DNA from: Lysobacteraceae bacterium
GTDB taxonomy: Bacteria > Bdellovibrionota > UBA1018 > JAGTJX01
Direction of reading: 5' to 3'
DNA: 64,000 nucleotides
Assembly (NCBI GenBank): GCA_023657465.1
Contig: JAGTJX010000003.1
Coordinates: 674,830-738,829 of the forward strand
The notes under the pieces were generated by a model that was not told the origin of the DNA, did no database searches, and worked only from the letters and a program-made list of their open reading frames with translations. This document shows positions 40,298-49,943 of the stretch, one piece after another; the first letter of the stretch is position 1; each line of letters begins with the position of its first letter. Both the position numbers and the translations under genes were made by a program.

Positions 40298-41033
40298 GAA
40301 ATTCGCTCAAAATTCCTTTCGAATACTGACTCGCAACCTTCGACAGAAACTTCTGATAGTTAATCGAAGCATGCTCATTAGCTGAATCAGAAATGGTTCT
40401 CACCACAGCAAACGGCACTTGATACTCATGACAGACTTGGGCGACTGCTGCTCCTTCCATCTCTACACAGAGGACTTTAGGAAGTCGTTCTCTGAGATCT
40501 TGCAGCTTTTCAGAACTTGCAAAAAATTGGTCCCCGCTTGCGATCTCACCTAAGAGCGACTTTGGACTCGAAAGCGAGAACTCATCACGGTGGCTTTCAC
40601 TGATGACATTCTTGAATTCATTATCTAAAAAATCTTTTGAAGCTTCGTGCAACCGATCTCTCACATTTCCGTCACTAGAGAACGCAGTGAGACCGATGAG
40701 TGGAATCTCATGACGTTTGAAGATAGGACGAGCGTCCATGTCATGCTGATAGAACCCGGTCCCTACGACAATGTCACCAATATTCATCTCGGGACTCACT
40801 CCTCCTGCAACACCCGTGAAGATGATCTCCGTTGCTTTAAAATGTGAAATGAGATGTGTCGTGGTCACAGCAGCAGCAACCTTTCCCCATCGTGAAAAAA
40901 CCAAGACTACTTCACTCCCCCAGAGTTTGCCCGTATGATAATCCCTCATTCCGAAGGTCACTGTTTTTTTGTTGGTGAGCTCTGAGACGAGATCGTTAAT
41001 CTCCTCTGACATTGCACTCATGATGGCTAGCAT
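40281..41033 (-). CDS. MTA/SAH nucleosidase family (Pfs/MtnN or MqnB)
   Basis: PNP_UDP_1 fold, with an N-terminal IMSAMSEE and a CVEMEGAAVAQVC motif. Confidence 0.75.
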   Translation of the reverse strand: MLAIMSAMSEEINDLVSELTNKKTVTFGMRDYHTGKLWGSEVVLVFSRWGKVAAAVTTTHLISHFKATEIIFTGVAGGVSPEMNIGDIVVGTGFYQHDMDARPIFKRHEIPLIGLTAFSSDGNVRDRLHEASKDFLDNEFKNVISESHRDEFSLSSPKSLLGEIASGDQFFASSEKLQDLRERLPKVLCVEMEGAAVAQVCHEYQVPFAVVRTISDSANEHASINYQKFLSKVASQYSKGILSEFLSRKT

Positions 41034-41867
41034 TTATTTAATCCCGTAAATCTGGCGAGCCTGTGCAGGAGTTGCAACAGTACGTCCTGCTTCACGCGCT
41101 AATCCCGCTACTCGTTCCACAAGCTGAGCATTCGATGTTGCAAGCACACCCTTTGAATAGAAAATATTATCTTCGAAACCGACTCTCACTTGACCGCCTC
41201 GCTCAATGGCAGCGATCGCCATTGGCAATTGGTACCTTCCTATACCAGCAACACCCCAAGAACAATCTGGGGTTTTCTTAGATTCAAAGTATTTGACAAG
41301 ATGATTGAAATTATCAATCTCGCCACTCATCCCCCCAGGAACTCCGAGAACAAACTGAATGTGAAACGGAAGCTTCACCACACCTTTCTTAAGTAAGGTG
41401 TATGCACTTTCCAAATGTCCCACTTCATAAATCTCTAATTCAGGAATGATCTGATTCTTATGAATCTCCCAAGCCATGCTCTCGACATCCTTCGGAGCAT
41501 TGATGAATACATTATCACCGAAGTTGAGTGAACCAATATTCAATGACGCCATCTCAGGTTTCAAGCTCAGAGGACTTGCACGATTCTCGATCGACTCACC
41601 CACTGCTCCACCTGTAGAGATTTGGATGATGATCTCTGGTCCACATTGTTTGCGAATCTCATTGATTGAGAGTCTGAAATCTTCAATGTTCTGTGAAGGT
41701 CTTCCGTGCGAATCCCTCACATGAAGATGAATAACCGAAGCCCCGGCTTTCATCGCCTCCAGTGATGCGACGCCTTGTTCTTCTGGTGTAACAGGTAGCG
41801 CGGGTTGCTTGTCCTTCGTAGTTTCAGCACCGGTGATGGCGCAAGTGATGATGAGTGGATGTTTCAT
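41034..41867 (-). CDS. 3-keto-5-aminohexanoate cleavage enzyme family (BKACE/DUF849)
   Basis: PLIITCAITGAETT and VIHLHVRD motifs. The start is the internal ATG, which overlaps the upstream stop (ATGA). Confidence 0.7.
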   Translation of the reverse strand: MKHPLIITCAITGAETTKDKQPALPVTPEEQGVASLEAMKAGASVIHLHVRDSHGRPSQNIEDFRLSINEIRKQCGPEIIIQISTGGAVGESIENRASPLSLKPEMASLNIGSLNFGDNVFINAPKDVESMAWEIHKNQIIPELEIYEVGHLESAYTLLKKGVVKLPFHIQFVLGVPGGMSGEIDNFNHLVKYFESKKTPDCSWGVAGIGRYQLPMAIAAIERGGQVRVGFEDNIFYSKGVLATSNAQLVERVAGLAREAGRTVATPAQARQIYGIK

Positions 41868-42520
41868 TGATTGAGTCCTCGATTTAATCGATTGAGCACT
41901 TCCCAATCGATTGCATCTCCAGGCATTCTGAGTGCCCACTGTTTATGAAATGCTAGATCAGGCAAGTTTCTTTGCTTAAGACCAAAGTCGATTTTATACT
42001 TACACATCTCTACAGCCCAGCCTGCGTACCAGTACGCACGAGAGTCATGATCTGGAAAGTCTCTCATGAACTTAAACGCTTCTGCAGCTAAAAGTCGTTT
42101 CAATCTGAATGGAGTAGATGTTTTAAGAGATCCAATCATCTCGCTTCGCTTGACGTTCTTTAGAGCATCGGCTTGGAAGATGTACATTTGGTCGATGAAG
42201 AAATCGAGCCCGCGCTCAGAGACGAGATTACCTGTCTCTTCTTTGCCACGGTAATGCGGATTATGAGTGAGACCGTTAAAGATGCCCTCAACACTTGCTC
42301 CTTGGTTCATCGTGTTCACGAGTCCACCGAAGAACTCTGGACTCTCAGGCTCCTCTTGGAGGACAACACGAATCATCTCTTGAAGGATTTCACTGTTTCG
42401 TTTTGCTAGTTCCGCTGCAGTGTAGGTCTTCTTAGTGATTGTTTTAGGTTGCTCGAGTAGATCGCAGCTGGAGAACGAGAATATTGAGAAGAACAAGATG
42501 AGAATCCCATATTTTACCAT
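41864..42520 (-). CDS. hypothetical lipoprotein
   Basis: Signal sequence with FSFSSC. GGGAGG ribosome-binding site. Confidence 0.5.
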   Translation of the reverse strand: MVKYGILILFFSIFSFSSCDLLEQPKTITKKTYTAAELAKRNSEILQEMIRVVLQEEPESPEFFGGLVNTMNQGASVEGIFNGLTHNPHYRGKEETGNLVSERGLDFFIDQMYIFQADALKNVKRSEMIGSLKTSTPFRLKRLLAAEAFKFMRDFPDHDSRAYWYAGWAVEMCKYKIDFGLKQRNLPDLAFHKQWALRMPGDAIDWEVLNRLNRGLNQ

Positions 42521-42568
42521 CCTCCCAATTTAACGGTTTTAAAACACATGGGTCAAGGAGCTTGACGC

Positions 42569-43360
42569 ATGGTTATACTCTGCGTTAGTCTTTTGATGAC
42601 CATGATTCATTTCATTCCACAAAAAGCACGCAAGACCATTCTTGAATGGGCTCAAAACGATACTTTGACAGTGTGTTTACTCGGGCTAGCAGGCTCAGGA
42701 AAAAGCGCGATCGCAAGATGGATTCATGGTCACTCTCCTCGAAGCATGGAGCCTTTCACCATTTTCAATCCAGGCGCAGATCTCTATGCAGCACTGGAAA
42801 ACAATCCTTCAGGTACTCTTTACATTGAAGAAGTCGCTCAGCTCCCACTCAAGCAGCAGAAGCGCATGATGGAATTCATGAAACATCGGATGCTCAAACC
42901 AGAAGGTGGCATTCAACCCCAAAGAATTTTTCGCACGAGAATCATCGCTGGCAGTGATGAGAATATGGAGAAGCGCGTTCGCGCTGGAATGTTCTCAGAT
43001 GAGCTTCTCGCGATCTTAGAGAAAAACCAAATCACACTTCCCACGCTCTCTGAACGCGGTGAAGATTTTGATTCAGTGGCACTTGGATTACTCCATGAAT
43101 TGGCGCTTCAAGCTGAGTGCGCTGAAGTGAGATCGATCACACCTGAAGCGCTTGCAATGCTCAAGGAATATCCATGGCCAGGAAACATGCGTGAACTTCG
43201 TAATGTGCTCTGGTACGGAATCGAACACTGCAAGGACTCTGAACTCACTCTGAATGATTTGCCGGATTTGAAAGCCTTAGGCGAACAATTCCGTGCTACT
43301 CGTAGTGGATTTGAATCTTGGTTAGCTAGCCAAGGAATCCGCGAGAAAACGGATCGCTAA
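42569..43360 (+). CDS. degenerate sigma-54-interaction-domain protein (no GAFTGA, no HTH)
   Basis: Walker A GLAGSGKS and the YPWPGNMRELRNVL motif are present. The GAFTGA loop and a DNA-binding domain are absent. Confidence 0.55.
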   Translation: MVILCVSLLMTMIHFIPQKARKTILEWAQNDTLTVCLLGLAGSGKSAIARWIHGHSPRSMEPFTIFNPGADLYAALENNPSGTLYIEEVAQLPLKQQKRMMEFMKHRMLKPEGGIQPQRIFRTRIIAGSDENMEKRVRAGMFSDELLAILEKNQITLPTLSERGEDFDSVALGLLHELALQAECAEVRSITPEALAMLKEYPWPGNMRELRNVLWYGIEHCKDSELTLNDLPDLKALGEQFRATRSGFESWLASQGIREKTDR

Positions 43361-43819
43361 TTTCACGCATTCTTCTGTACGCTTCACTCTTGTTTTATAG
43401 ATGAGCTTCGTTTCTTGTACATGAATACTGATACGAGCACCCTTCTTCGTTTGCTCTTTCTGGGCCACTGCAAAGTAAACTTTCCCGTCAAGTGCCTTCG
43501 GAGCATCCGGTCCGAAATGACCTGTGATCGCAAGCACTCCATCATTATTCGGACATTGAGTGAGAGCTGATTCAGCGAGGGCTTCGGTGATCTCCAAGCC
43601 CACTTCTCCACCGAAGTTCTCGGGATCAATATCGAGCCAGAACTTCTTCATCGAACCCTGATAAACAACAAGAGACCCTGAGAAAACTTGAGACGCACCA
43701 GGAGTTGAAGTGATTTCGGCTGCGATAGCTCCACCCGTTGCTGACTCAACAGTCATCCAGTTTTGTTTAAGAGTTTTCCATTGTTTGATTAAATCTTCAG
43801 TTTTGCTTGTTTTGCTCAT
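43322..43819 (-). CDS. CinA C-terminal domain protein (PncC-like NMN deamidase)
   Basis: VESATGGAIA motif. 165 aa. Confidence 0.8.
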   Translation of the reverse strand: MSKTSKTEDLIKQWKTLKQNWMTVESATGGAIAAEITSTPGASQVFSGSLVVYQGSMKKFWLDIDPENFGGEVGLEITEALAESALTQCPNNDGVLAITGHFGPDAPKALDGKVYFAVAQKEQTKKGARISIHVQETKLIYKTRVKRTEECVKLAIRFLADSLAS

Positions 43820-43860
43820 GAACCTACAAATACCATAGGACTTCTGATATCGTTAACTCC

Positions 43861-45078
43861 ATGAAAATTAAATTCCAATTGACGACCTTGAGCTTCTTGC
43901 AATTTTTTGTATGGGGATCTTGGCTTGTTTCTCTAGGTGGCTACCTCATCGTAAAACTTCATTTTTCAGGCGTCCAAGTCGGTGCCATCTATGGAACGAT
44001 GGGGATTGCATCCCTCTTCATGCCCGCACTTCTAGGAATTGTTGCAGATCGCTGGATGAATGCAGAGCGCGTCTTAGGATTGTGTCACATCATCGGTGGA
44101 GGATTACTCTATGTTGCTTCCCTCACCACAGATCCCCATCAAATGTTTTGGATCATGCTGCTCAATTCCATGGCTTACATGCCTACGATCGCGCTGAGCT
44201 ATAGTGTTTCGTATTCTGTACTTGAGAAAAACAGATTAGATATTACCACTGCCTTCCCTCCGATCCGTGTCTGGGGAACAATTGGATTCATCTTAGCTAT
44301 GTGGTGGGTCGATCTCATGCACTGGTCATTAGATCCACTTCAGCTTCAGTTAGCCGCTGTCTCTGGAATTTTCTTAGGTGTGTATTCATTTACACTTCCT
44401 CAGTGCAAACCTTCGCACTCGAGAGAGAACAAGTCTTGGGTCTCTGCTCTTGGACTCGATGCCTTCGTTCTCTTCCGTGAACGCCGCATGGCGATCTTCC
44501 TCGTCTTCGCTCTCTTCTTAGGAGCAGCACTTCAGATCACCAATACTTTCGGTGAGTCCTTCATCCATGACTTCTCGGGTCAGTACGCAGATTCATTCGC
44601 AGTACTCCATCCTGGACTCCTCATGTCTCTCTCTCAAGCCTCTGAGACTCTCTTCATTCTCACGATTCCTTTTTTCATGAAGAAGTACAAAATCAAAGGC
44701 GTGATATTAATGAGTATTTTTGCATGGGTGTTGAGATTCGCGTTTTTTGCTATTGGAAACCCAGGCGGTGGAATCATCTGGCTCATTCTCTCAATGATTG
44801 TCTATGGAATGGCATTCGACTTCTTCAACGTCTCAGGTTCCATGTTCATGCGAAGTGAAGCGCGTCCCGAAATCAGCGCAAGCGCTCAAGGCGTCTTTAT
44901 GATGATGACTAACGGAATGGGAGCGTTCTTAGGCGGACTCTTCAGCGGCCATGTTGTCGATTACTTCACTCATGAAGGTATCAGACAGTGGCCACAGATC
45001 TGGTTTACGTTCGCAGCTTACGTTTTAGTGCTTGGGCTCATTTTCCCTTTCGCATTTCGTGAGCGCAAGCGCGCATAA
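43861..45078 (+). CDS. nupG: nucleoside:H+ symporter (NupG/XapB family MFS)
   Basis: The N-terminus LSFLQFFVWGSWLVSLGGYL closely matches NupG. Twelve TM segments. Confidence 0.85.
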   Translation: MKIKFQLTTLSFLQFFVWGSWLVSLGGYLIVKLHFSGVQVGAIYGTMGIASLFMPALLGIVADRWMNAERVLGLCHIIGGGLLYVASLTTDPHQMFWIMLLNSMAYMPTIALSYSVSYSVLEKNRLDITTAFPPIRVWGTIGFILAMWWVDLMHWSLDPLQLQLAAVSGIFLGVYSFTLPQCKPSHSRENKSWVSALGLDAFVLFRERRMAIFLVFALFLGAALQITNTFGESFIHDFSGQYADSFAVLHPGLLMSLSQASETLFILTIPFFMKKYKIKGVILMSIFAWVLRFAFFAIGNPGGGIIWLILSMIVYGMAFDFFNVSGSMFMRSEARPEISASAQGVFMMMTNGMGAFLGGLFSGHVVDYFTHEGIRQWPQIWFTFAAYVLVLGLIFPFAFRERKRA

Positions 45079-45146
45079 CTTTAAAAAACATCAACTTATT
45101 GCGGTCACAGACGTCTGCGATGCCAGCAACTTGATGTTTTTTAAAG

Positions 45147-46781
45147 TTAGCGCACTAAGTCTCCTGACGTATCTGTCCTGCGCACCTGAACTCCCTGCTT
45201 AAAAAACAACTCAAGCGCACGTTCTGATGGATGACCGTATCTATTCCTAGCTCCTGAACTAATCCAGACTTCGTCAGGTTGGTAATCCTTCAGGAACTCC
45301 TCTGAGGTAGAGTAGCGAGAGCCATGATGAGTGGCTTTTAAGGTGCGTGTACTAGGGAATATTTTCTGCTGAGCAATTGATTTTATTACTGAATCTCCCT
45401 CTTTCCACTTCTTCTTCAGCTCGTAATAAATCTTGAGTTCTAACCGCATCTCAGCGTCACCCAAGTTCAGATACTCACCCACTCGCACATCCTTGATCCA
45501 GACTCCCGTCATGACCCTGTTTCCTTTTTTTCCACCGCGTCCGATTGTTGATATCTTCATCTCTGGAGAATCCAGCGGCTGAGTAGTCGGAACATAAACA
45601 CAAGGCGACTTCCGACTTACGAGATGTGCTTCACTCACAGAGCACTCCCTAATCGGAATGAGTCGTTCAAGTCGCTTCACACCTGACGCGTGATCTGAAT
45701 CCATATGAGTAAAAACAATTTGATCGATCTCAGTGATCTGATGCTGAAAGAAAAACTTAAGCCACTGCGAGTCCTTCAGTCTGTGTGTATCTCCCGTATC
45801 GATCATCGTCACTAGCCCTGAATGCTTCCACACAAACGCATCCCCTTGGCCGACATCTTTCTGAATGAACTGAGATTCTGCAGGAGGAATAAGTGCTGAA
45901 ATAATTACTACTGCAGCCATCATCGCAATTCTCCATTTCAGTTTCACAAAAACAGCTACGAATCCAAGCAGCACACTCACTACAAGCATATTCTTAGAAA
46001 CAACAACGATCCCGGGTAACGCAAACGCAATCTCCACACACTTCACCATCAATTCATTTATCCACTCAAACACATATGGAGAATTCCAAACGCCAATCTG
46101 AGCAAGTAGAACAAGTGGAAACACAATTACTGCAAAGACTGGGATTGTGATTAAGCTCCAGATCGGTGTGAACGTAGAAATCAATCCTAACTCCCAAACA
46201 TCGAAGAGGGCTGTTGCAAACCAAGACACAATAGCCATCTTCAAATGTGAGAGTTGAGAATCACGGACCTTATTCCAAACCCAAAGCCCCCCACAAACTG
46301 CCAATACATAATGTAACCGCCCTGGAGCAGAGGCCTCGCCGAATACTAAAAGATCAATCCCAAGCGCAGCTACTAATGGCCCCCACCATGCAAACCTAAA
46401 CCCTAACGCTTGAGAGAACACTCGGACCGAAACTGAGACTAGAGGTCTGAATAAGCCCACTCGCCAATCGGAAATCGACCAAGCAATTACGCATAATCCC
46501 AATCCACTCACACATCCTGCAATCCATGCTTGTCTGACGTTCAACCTTGAGCTACGTGCGACCCATTTCCAAAACGCTAACGTGATACCAAACAGTGCGT
46601 AGAGGTGGATTCCTGACTCTGTCACCAGATGTACAAACCCCAAGTAGCGCAGCACCTGGAGATCCAGTACACCCTCAGAACGATTTAAAATGAGTTTACT
46701 AAATACCCCTGTCTGATCCCAATTCCAGTCCAACATGCAGGCTAGTCCTCTGCAAGAATCTGGTACATAATAGAGATTCAA
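45147..46781 (-). CDS. comEC: ComEC/Rec2-family DNA internalization protein
   Basis: Competence domain (VTESGIHLYALFG) plus a C-terminal MBL domain (THMDSDHASG). The start is a TTG at 46781, or the ATG at 46737. Confidence 0.7.
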   Translation of the reverse strand: MNLYYVPDSCRGLACMLDWNWDQTGVFSKLILNRSEGVLDLQVLRYLGFVHLVTESGIHLYALFGITLAFWKWVARSSRLNVRQAWIAGCVSGLGLCVIAWSISDWRVGLFRPLVSVSVRVFSQALGFRFAWWGPLVAALGIDLLVFGEASAPGRLHYVLAVCGGLWVWNKVRDSQLSHLKMAIVSWFATALFDVWELGLISTFTPIWSLITIPVFAVIVFPLVLLAQIGVWNSPYVFEWINELMVKCVEIAFALPGIVVVSKNMLVVSVLLGFVAVFVKLKWRIAMMAAVVIISALIPPAESQFIQKDVGQGDAFVWKHSGLVTMIDTGDTHRLKDSQWLKFFFQHQITEIDQIVFTHMDSDHASGVKRLERLIPIRECSVSEAHLVSRKSPCVYVPTTQPLDSPEMKISTIGRGGKKGNRVMTGVWIKDVRVGEYLNLGDAEMRLELKIYYELKKKWKEGDSVIKSIAQQKIFPSTRTLKATHHGSRYSTSEEFLKDYQPDEVWISSGARNRYGHPSERALELFFKQGVQVRRTDTSGDLVR

Positions 46782-47167
46782 TGGGAATCGAACTCCTCAA
46801 GCAGAATTTCACGCTGATTCACGTGGTACTTGTGTGTACTTTGTTTTTTTTGGGGTTTAGATTTCTCTATAGCAGGAACACAAAATCAAATTTTAAAGTC
46901 CGAGAATACGACAAACACTCTGGAATTCGGACTCTAGATGCTTACAAACCCAAGCCAAAAGTGAAGGCAACACCTGCACGGTTTTCTCCTAATAGTGAAG
47001 CTCATGTGATCCTAGGAGTGCCTGAGAACGCGTCGCAAAGACAAATCCAAAAAGCCTATAGAGCTCTCATGAAACGCTATCATCCCGATAAGACCTTAGG
47101 GTTTGAAAAAGTCACAGCTCAGATCAATGAAGCCAAAGAAGAAATGATGAAACGCTTCAAATCCTAA
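46781..47167 (+). CDS. membrane-anchored J-domain protein
   Basis: N-terminal TM helix and a C-terminal J-domain (ILGVPENASQRQIQKAYRALMKRYHPDK). Confidence 0.65.
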   Translation: MGIELLKQNFTLIHVVLVCTLFFLGFRFLYSRNTKSNFKVREYDKHSGIRTLDAYKPKPKVKATPARFSPNSEAHVILGVPENASQRQIQKAYRALMKRYHPDKTLGFEKVTAQINEAKEEMMKRFKS

Positions 47168-47200
47168 TTCTGGCCTAGATTTTGCTGATGACTCTTCACA

Positions 47201-48709
47201 ATGTCATCAAACGAAACTCAAATTTATTGTATCCAACCCGAAGGCATCCGACCGAGACGAGTCGGAATCGAGATCAGCTCTCACTTCCAAGTCCCTCAGT
47301 TCCTTATCGTTGGATTACCCTCTACAGAAATCGGAGAAGCCAAGGAGCGCGTGAGAAGCGCAATACTCAATAGCGCTCTCCCTTTTCCCAATCGCAGAGT
47401 GATCGTCAACCTCTCACCTGCGTTCATGCACAAATCTGGTACAGGAATGGATCTCGGTATTGCTCTGGGAGTGCTTCTCAAACACTCGCTAGAATCCATT
47501 CCATTCCAGAGAATACTAGCTTGGGGAGAATTATCACTCGGTGGAAAACTTCAGTCGGCACCTCATACGCTTCATGCGATATATCACTCGTTTCTCTCTC
47601 CCGACATCGATTGCATCGTCATACCAAACAAATCAAATATACCCGATGCATTCCTAAACCACTTGATTGAGAAATTTCCTGAACGTGCAAGCCAACTCTC
47701 CGTCATCAAAGCGAAAGATTTAGAATCCGCAATGGAAGCGCTCACTCATCTGAAGCTCCAAACTCGTTTCATTAAGAAGGAAGCTCCACTCACTCAGTCT
47801 CACGATGATTCTCAACTCTCCCTTCCCTCTCAAGGACTCACACGAATCTTAGGTGCCACTCTTGCAGGGGAGCATCACCTCATGATGCTGGGACCTAAGG
47901 GTGTAGGTAAGTCTCACTCAATTGAGATCCTCTCGAAGCTCTTCGAACCTTCACATATCGACACTCAAGTAGATCGATTCTTAACAAACGACCTCTTCAC
48001 TGATCGGAGGACTGACCTCTCACCAGTGAGATTCGTAGGCGTTCAAGTGAAACCTCAAGCACTGCACGGATCATTCAGAGGGACGAAGTTTCAACCGGGA
48101 GAATGTTCACTAGCGCATGGTGGGCTCCTCATCGCGGATGAATTCCCTGAATGGAACCGTGATTCCAAGGAATGCCTCCGCCATCCGCTGGAACGCGGGA
48201 GTATATCCATCAACCGCGTGAATGGAATCTTCGATGCACCCGCTCAGTTTCAACTCATCGCCTCTGGGAACCTCTGCCCCTGCGGAGGCTCACCTTGGGA
48301 GAATCCTCCGAGCTGTATCTGCAAACTTCCTGAGAAAGAGAGATACCGGAAGCACCTCTCAGGTCCAATTCTCGATCGGATCGACTTCTTCGTTCTTGTC
48401 TCTCAGAGCAAATCCTCTGGGACGGAGAAGGTTTCCGTACTGAAGCAGAGAATCACTGAAACTCGCGCACGACTGCTATCTCAATCAGAAACCCTGCCCT
48501 CTCACTGGTCTGGTGATCAGATTGAGAATGAAATCAAATCTAAGCTAAGTCATTCTACTCAAGAACTTCTCAAGTCCTTCGCCTCGATTAGATCTGAACA
48601 CAAGGTCATCAGAACCGCACATACACTTTCAGCCTGGGACGGGGTCAGAGCCCCTACCCTCGATCACTTCAAAGAATCAGCGAAGCTTCGCCCTGAGCAG
48701 TGGATTTGA
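47201..48709 (+). CDS. comM: YifB/ComM-family Mg-chelatase-like AAA+ ATPase
   Basis: N-terminal Lon-like domain (LIVGLPSTEIGEAKERVRSAI) and an AAA+ core. 502 aa. Confidence 0.88.
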   Translation: MSSNETQIYCIQPEGIRPRRVGIEISSHFQVPQFLIVGLPSTEIGEAKERVRSAILNSALPFPNRRVIVNLSPAFMHKSGTGMDLGIALGVLLKHSLESIPFQRILAWGELSLGGKLQSAPHTLHAIYHSFLSPDIDCIVIPNKSNIPDAFLNHLIEKFPERASQLSVIKAKDLESAMEALTHLKLQTRFIKKEAPLTQSHDDSQLSLPSQGLTRILGATLAGEHHLMMLGPKGVGKSHSIEILSKLFEPSHIDTQVDRFLTNDLFTDRRTDLSPVRFVGVQVKPQALHGSFRGTKFQPGECSLAHGGLLIADEFPEWNRDSKECLRHPLERGSISINRVNGIFDAPAQFQLIASGNLCPCGGSPWENPPSCICKLPEKERYRKHLSGPILDRIDFFVLVSQSKSSGTEKVSVLKQRITETRARLLSQSETLPSHWSGDQIENEIKSKLSHSTQELLKSFASIRSEHKVIRTAHTLSAWDGVRAPTLDHFKESAKLRPEQWI

Positions 48710-48711
48710 CA

Positions 48712-49026
48712 ATGGTACTAATTATGTATATACTAAATTCGTTCGAGTGGGACTCGGTAAAAGCCGAAAATAATTTTAAGAAACATGGTGTTTTATTTGA
48801 GACCGCGATCACAGTATTCTCAGATCATGAGTCTATTGATATCCCAGATTTTAAACACTCCTTTAATGAACAAAGAAGAAAAAGAATTGGGAAAGCAATA
48901 GAAAATCAAGTTCTGGTAGTGATTTACACAATAAGGAGAATTAAAGATGAAAAAGAAAAAACAAGGGTCATCAGTGCAAGGAAAGCTAGTTACAAAGAAA
49001 GGAAAATATATTCCTCATCCACCTGA
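48712..49026 (+). CDS. BrnT-family toxin (DUF497)
   Basis: FEWDSVKAENNFKKHGV ... VISARKASYKERKIY matches the BrnT pattern. An alternative ATG lies at 48724. Confidence 0.75.
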   Translation: MVLIMYILNSFEWDSVKAENNFKKHGVLFETAITVFSDHESIDIPDFKHSFNEQRRKRIGKAIENQVLVVIYTIRRIKDEKEKTRVISARKASYKERKIYSSST

Positions 49027-49279
49027 TGATAGCGATATAGACTTTTCTGATATACCAGAAATTACCGATGACGAAGTAGCTCTTATGAAAAGAGTAGGCC
49101 GAGTAGGCAGACCCCTCACCGGCGACTCACCCAAAGTAATGATCGCTATCCGATTAGACAGCAAAATACTTGAAGTAATAAGACAAGAAGCCGAAAAAAA
49201 AGGAATCGGCTACCAGACATTAATGAACACCATCTTAGAAGGTCACTTTTCAAAAAAGAAAATGAAGAAAGCAGGCTGA
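48947..49279 (+). CDS. BrnA-family antitoxin
   Basis: DFSDIPE ... GRP ... IRLD ... GYQT pattern. Overlaps the 3' end of brnT. Confidence 0.7.
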   Translation: MKKKKQGSSVQGKLVTKKGKYIPHPPDDSDIDFSDIPEITDDEVALMKRVGRVGRPLTGDSPKVMIAIRLDSKILEVIRQEAEKKGIGYQTLMNTILEGHFSKKKMKKAG

Positions 49280-49328
49280 TATCTCAAATCTCGAACCTAA
49301 TATTATCGCCGAAGACAATCACTATGTC

Positions 49329-49943
49329 GTGATCTCCAAACCCGCAGGACTCCTCTCCCAAGGTGACTCATCCAATGAAGACTCACTCGTGACCTTCTTC
49401 CAGAAACTCTGGGGACGTCCGTATGTCGGACTCGTACATAGACTAGACAGAAATACATCTGGGATCATGGTAGTCGCGAAACGATCGAAGGCCGCACAAC
49501 GCCTTACGGATTCACTCCAGAACGACGAGATCAAGCGTACCTACTTTGCTTGGGTAGAAGGCACTCCTCCTAACACGCTCACTCTCAAACATTACTTGAA
49601 GAAGAACAAATCCAACAACGTCGTCACTGTCTACGAAAAACCAGCTCCAGGAGCCAAAGAAGCTCTCCTTGCCGCGAAGAAGATCCGCACGTCGACATTC
49701 GAGCGCACTCCAATCACTCTTCTTGAAGTGAGACTAGAAACAGGACGATCACACCAGATCCGTGCACAGCTCGCTCATGAAAAATATCCTATTGTCGGGG
49801 ATCAGAAGTACGGAGCGCTCACCAGTCTCCCCGGTAGAGACGCAAGGCCAGCACTTCACTCATGGAAGATCAGCTTCCCACATCCAACGACAAAGGAAAT
49901 CCTAACGTTTGAAGATCCTATGCCCAAGGATTTGGATCTTTAA
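49329..49943 (+). CDS. RluA-family pseudouridine synthase, apparently 5'-truncated
   Basis: Catalytic HRLDRNTSG motif. The only canonical start (GTG at 49329) falls inside the conserved VVISKPAGL strand. The open frame upstream, back to 49266, encodes NIIAEDNHYV but has no ATG, GTG or TTG. Confidence 0.6.
   Translation: MISKPAGLLSQGDSSNEDSLVTFFQKLWGRPYVGLVHRLDRNTSGIMVVAKRSKAAQRLTDSLQNDEIKRTYFAWVEGTPPNTLTLKHYLKKNKSNNVVTVYEKPAPGAKEALLAAKKIRTSTFERTPITLLEVRLETGRSHQIRAQLAHEKYPIVGDQKYGALTSLPGRDARPALHSWKISFPHPTTKEILTFEDPMPKDLDL

Noticed and set aside
47171-47186. TGGCCT-N5-TTGCT sigma-54-like match upstream of comM
   Set aside because: The GC lies only about 16 nt before the comM ATG. That leaves no room for a transcript start and ribosome-binding site, and the -24 hexamer is poor. 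Probably chance.
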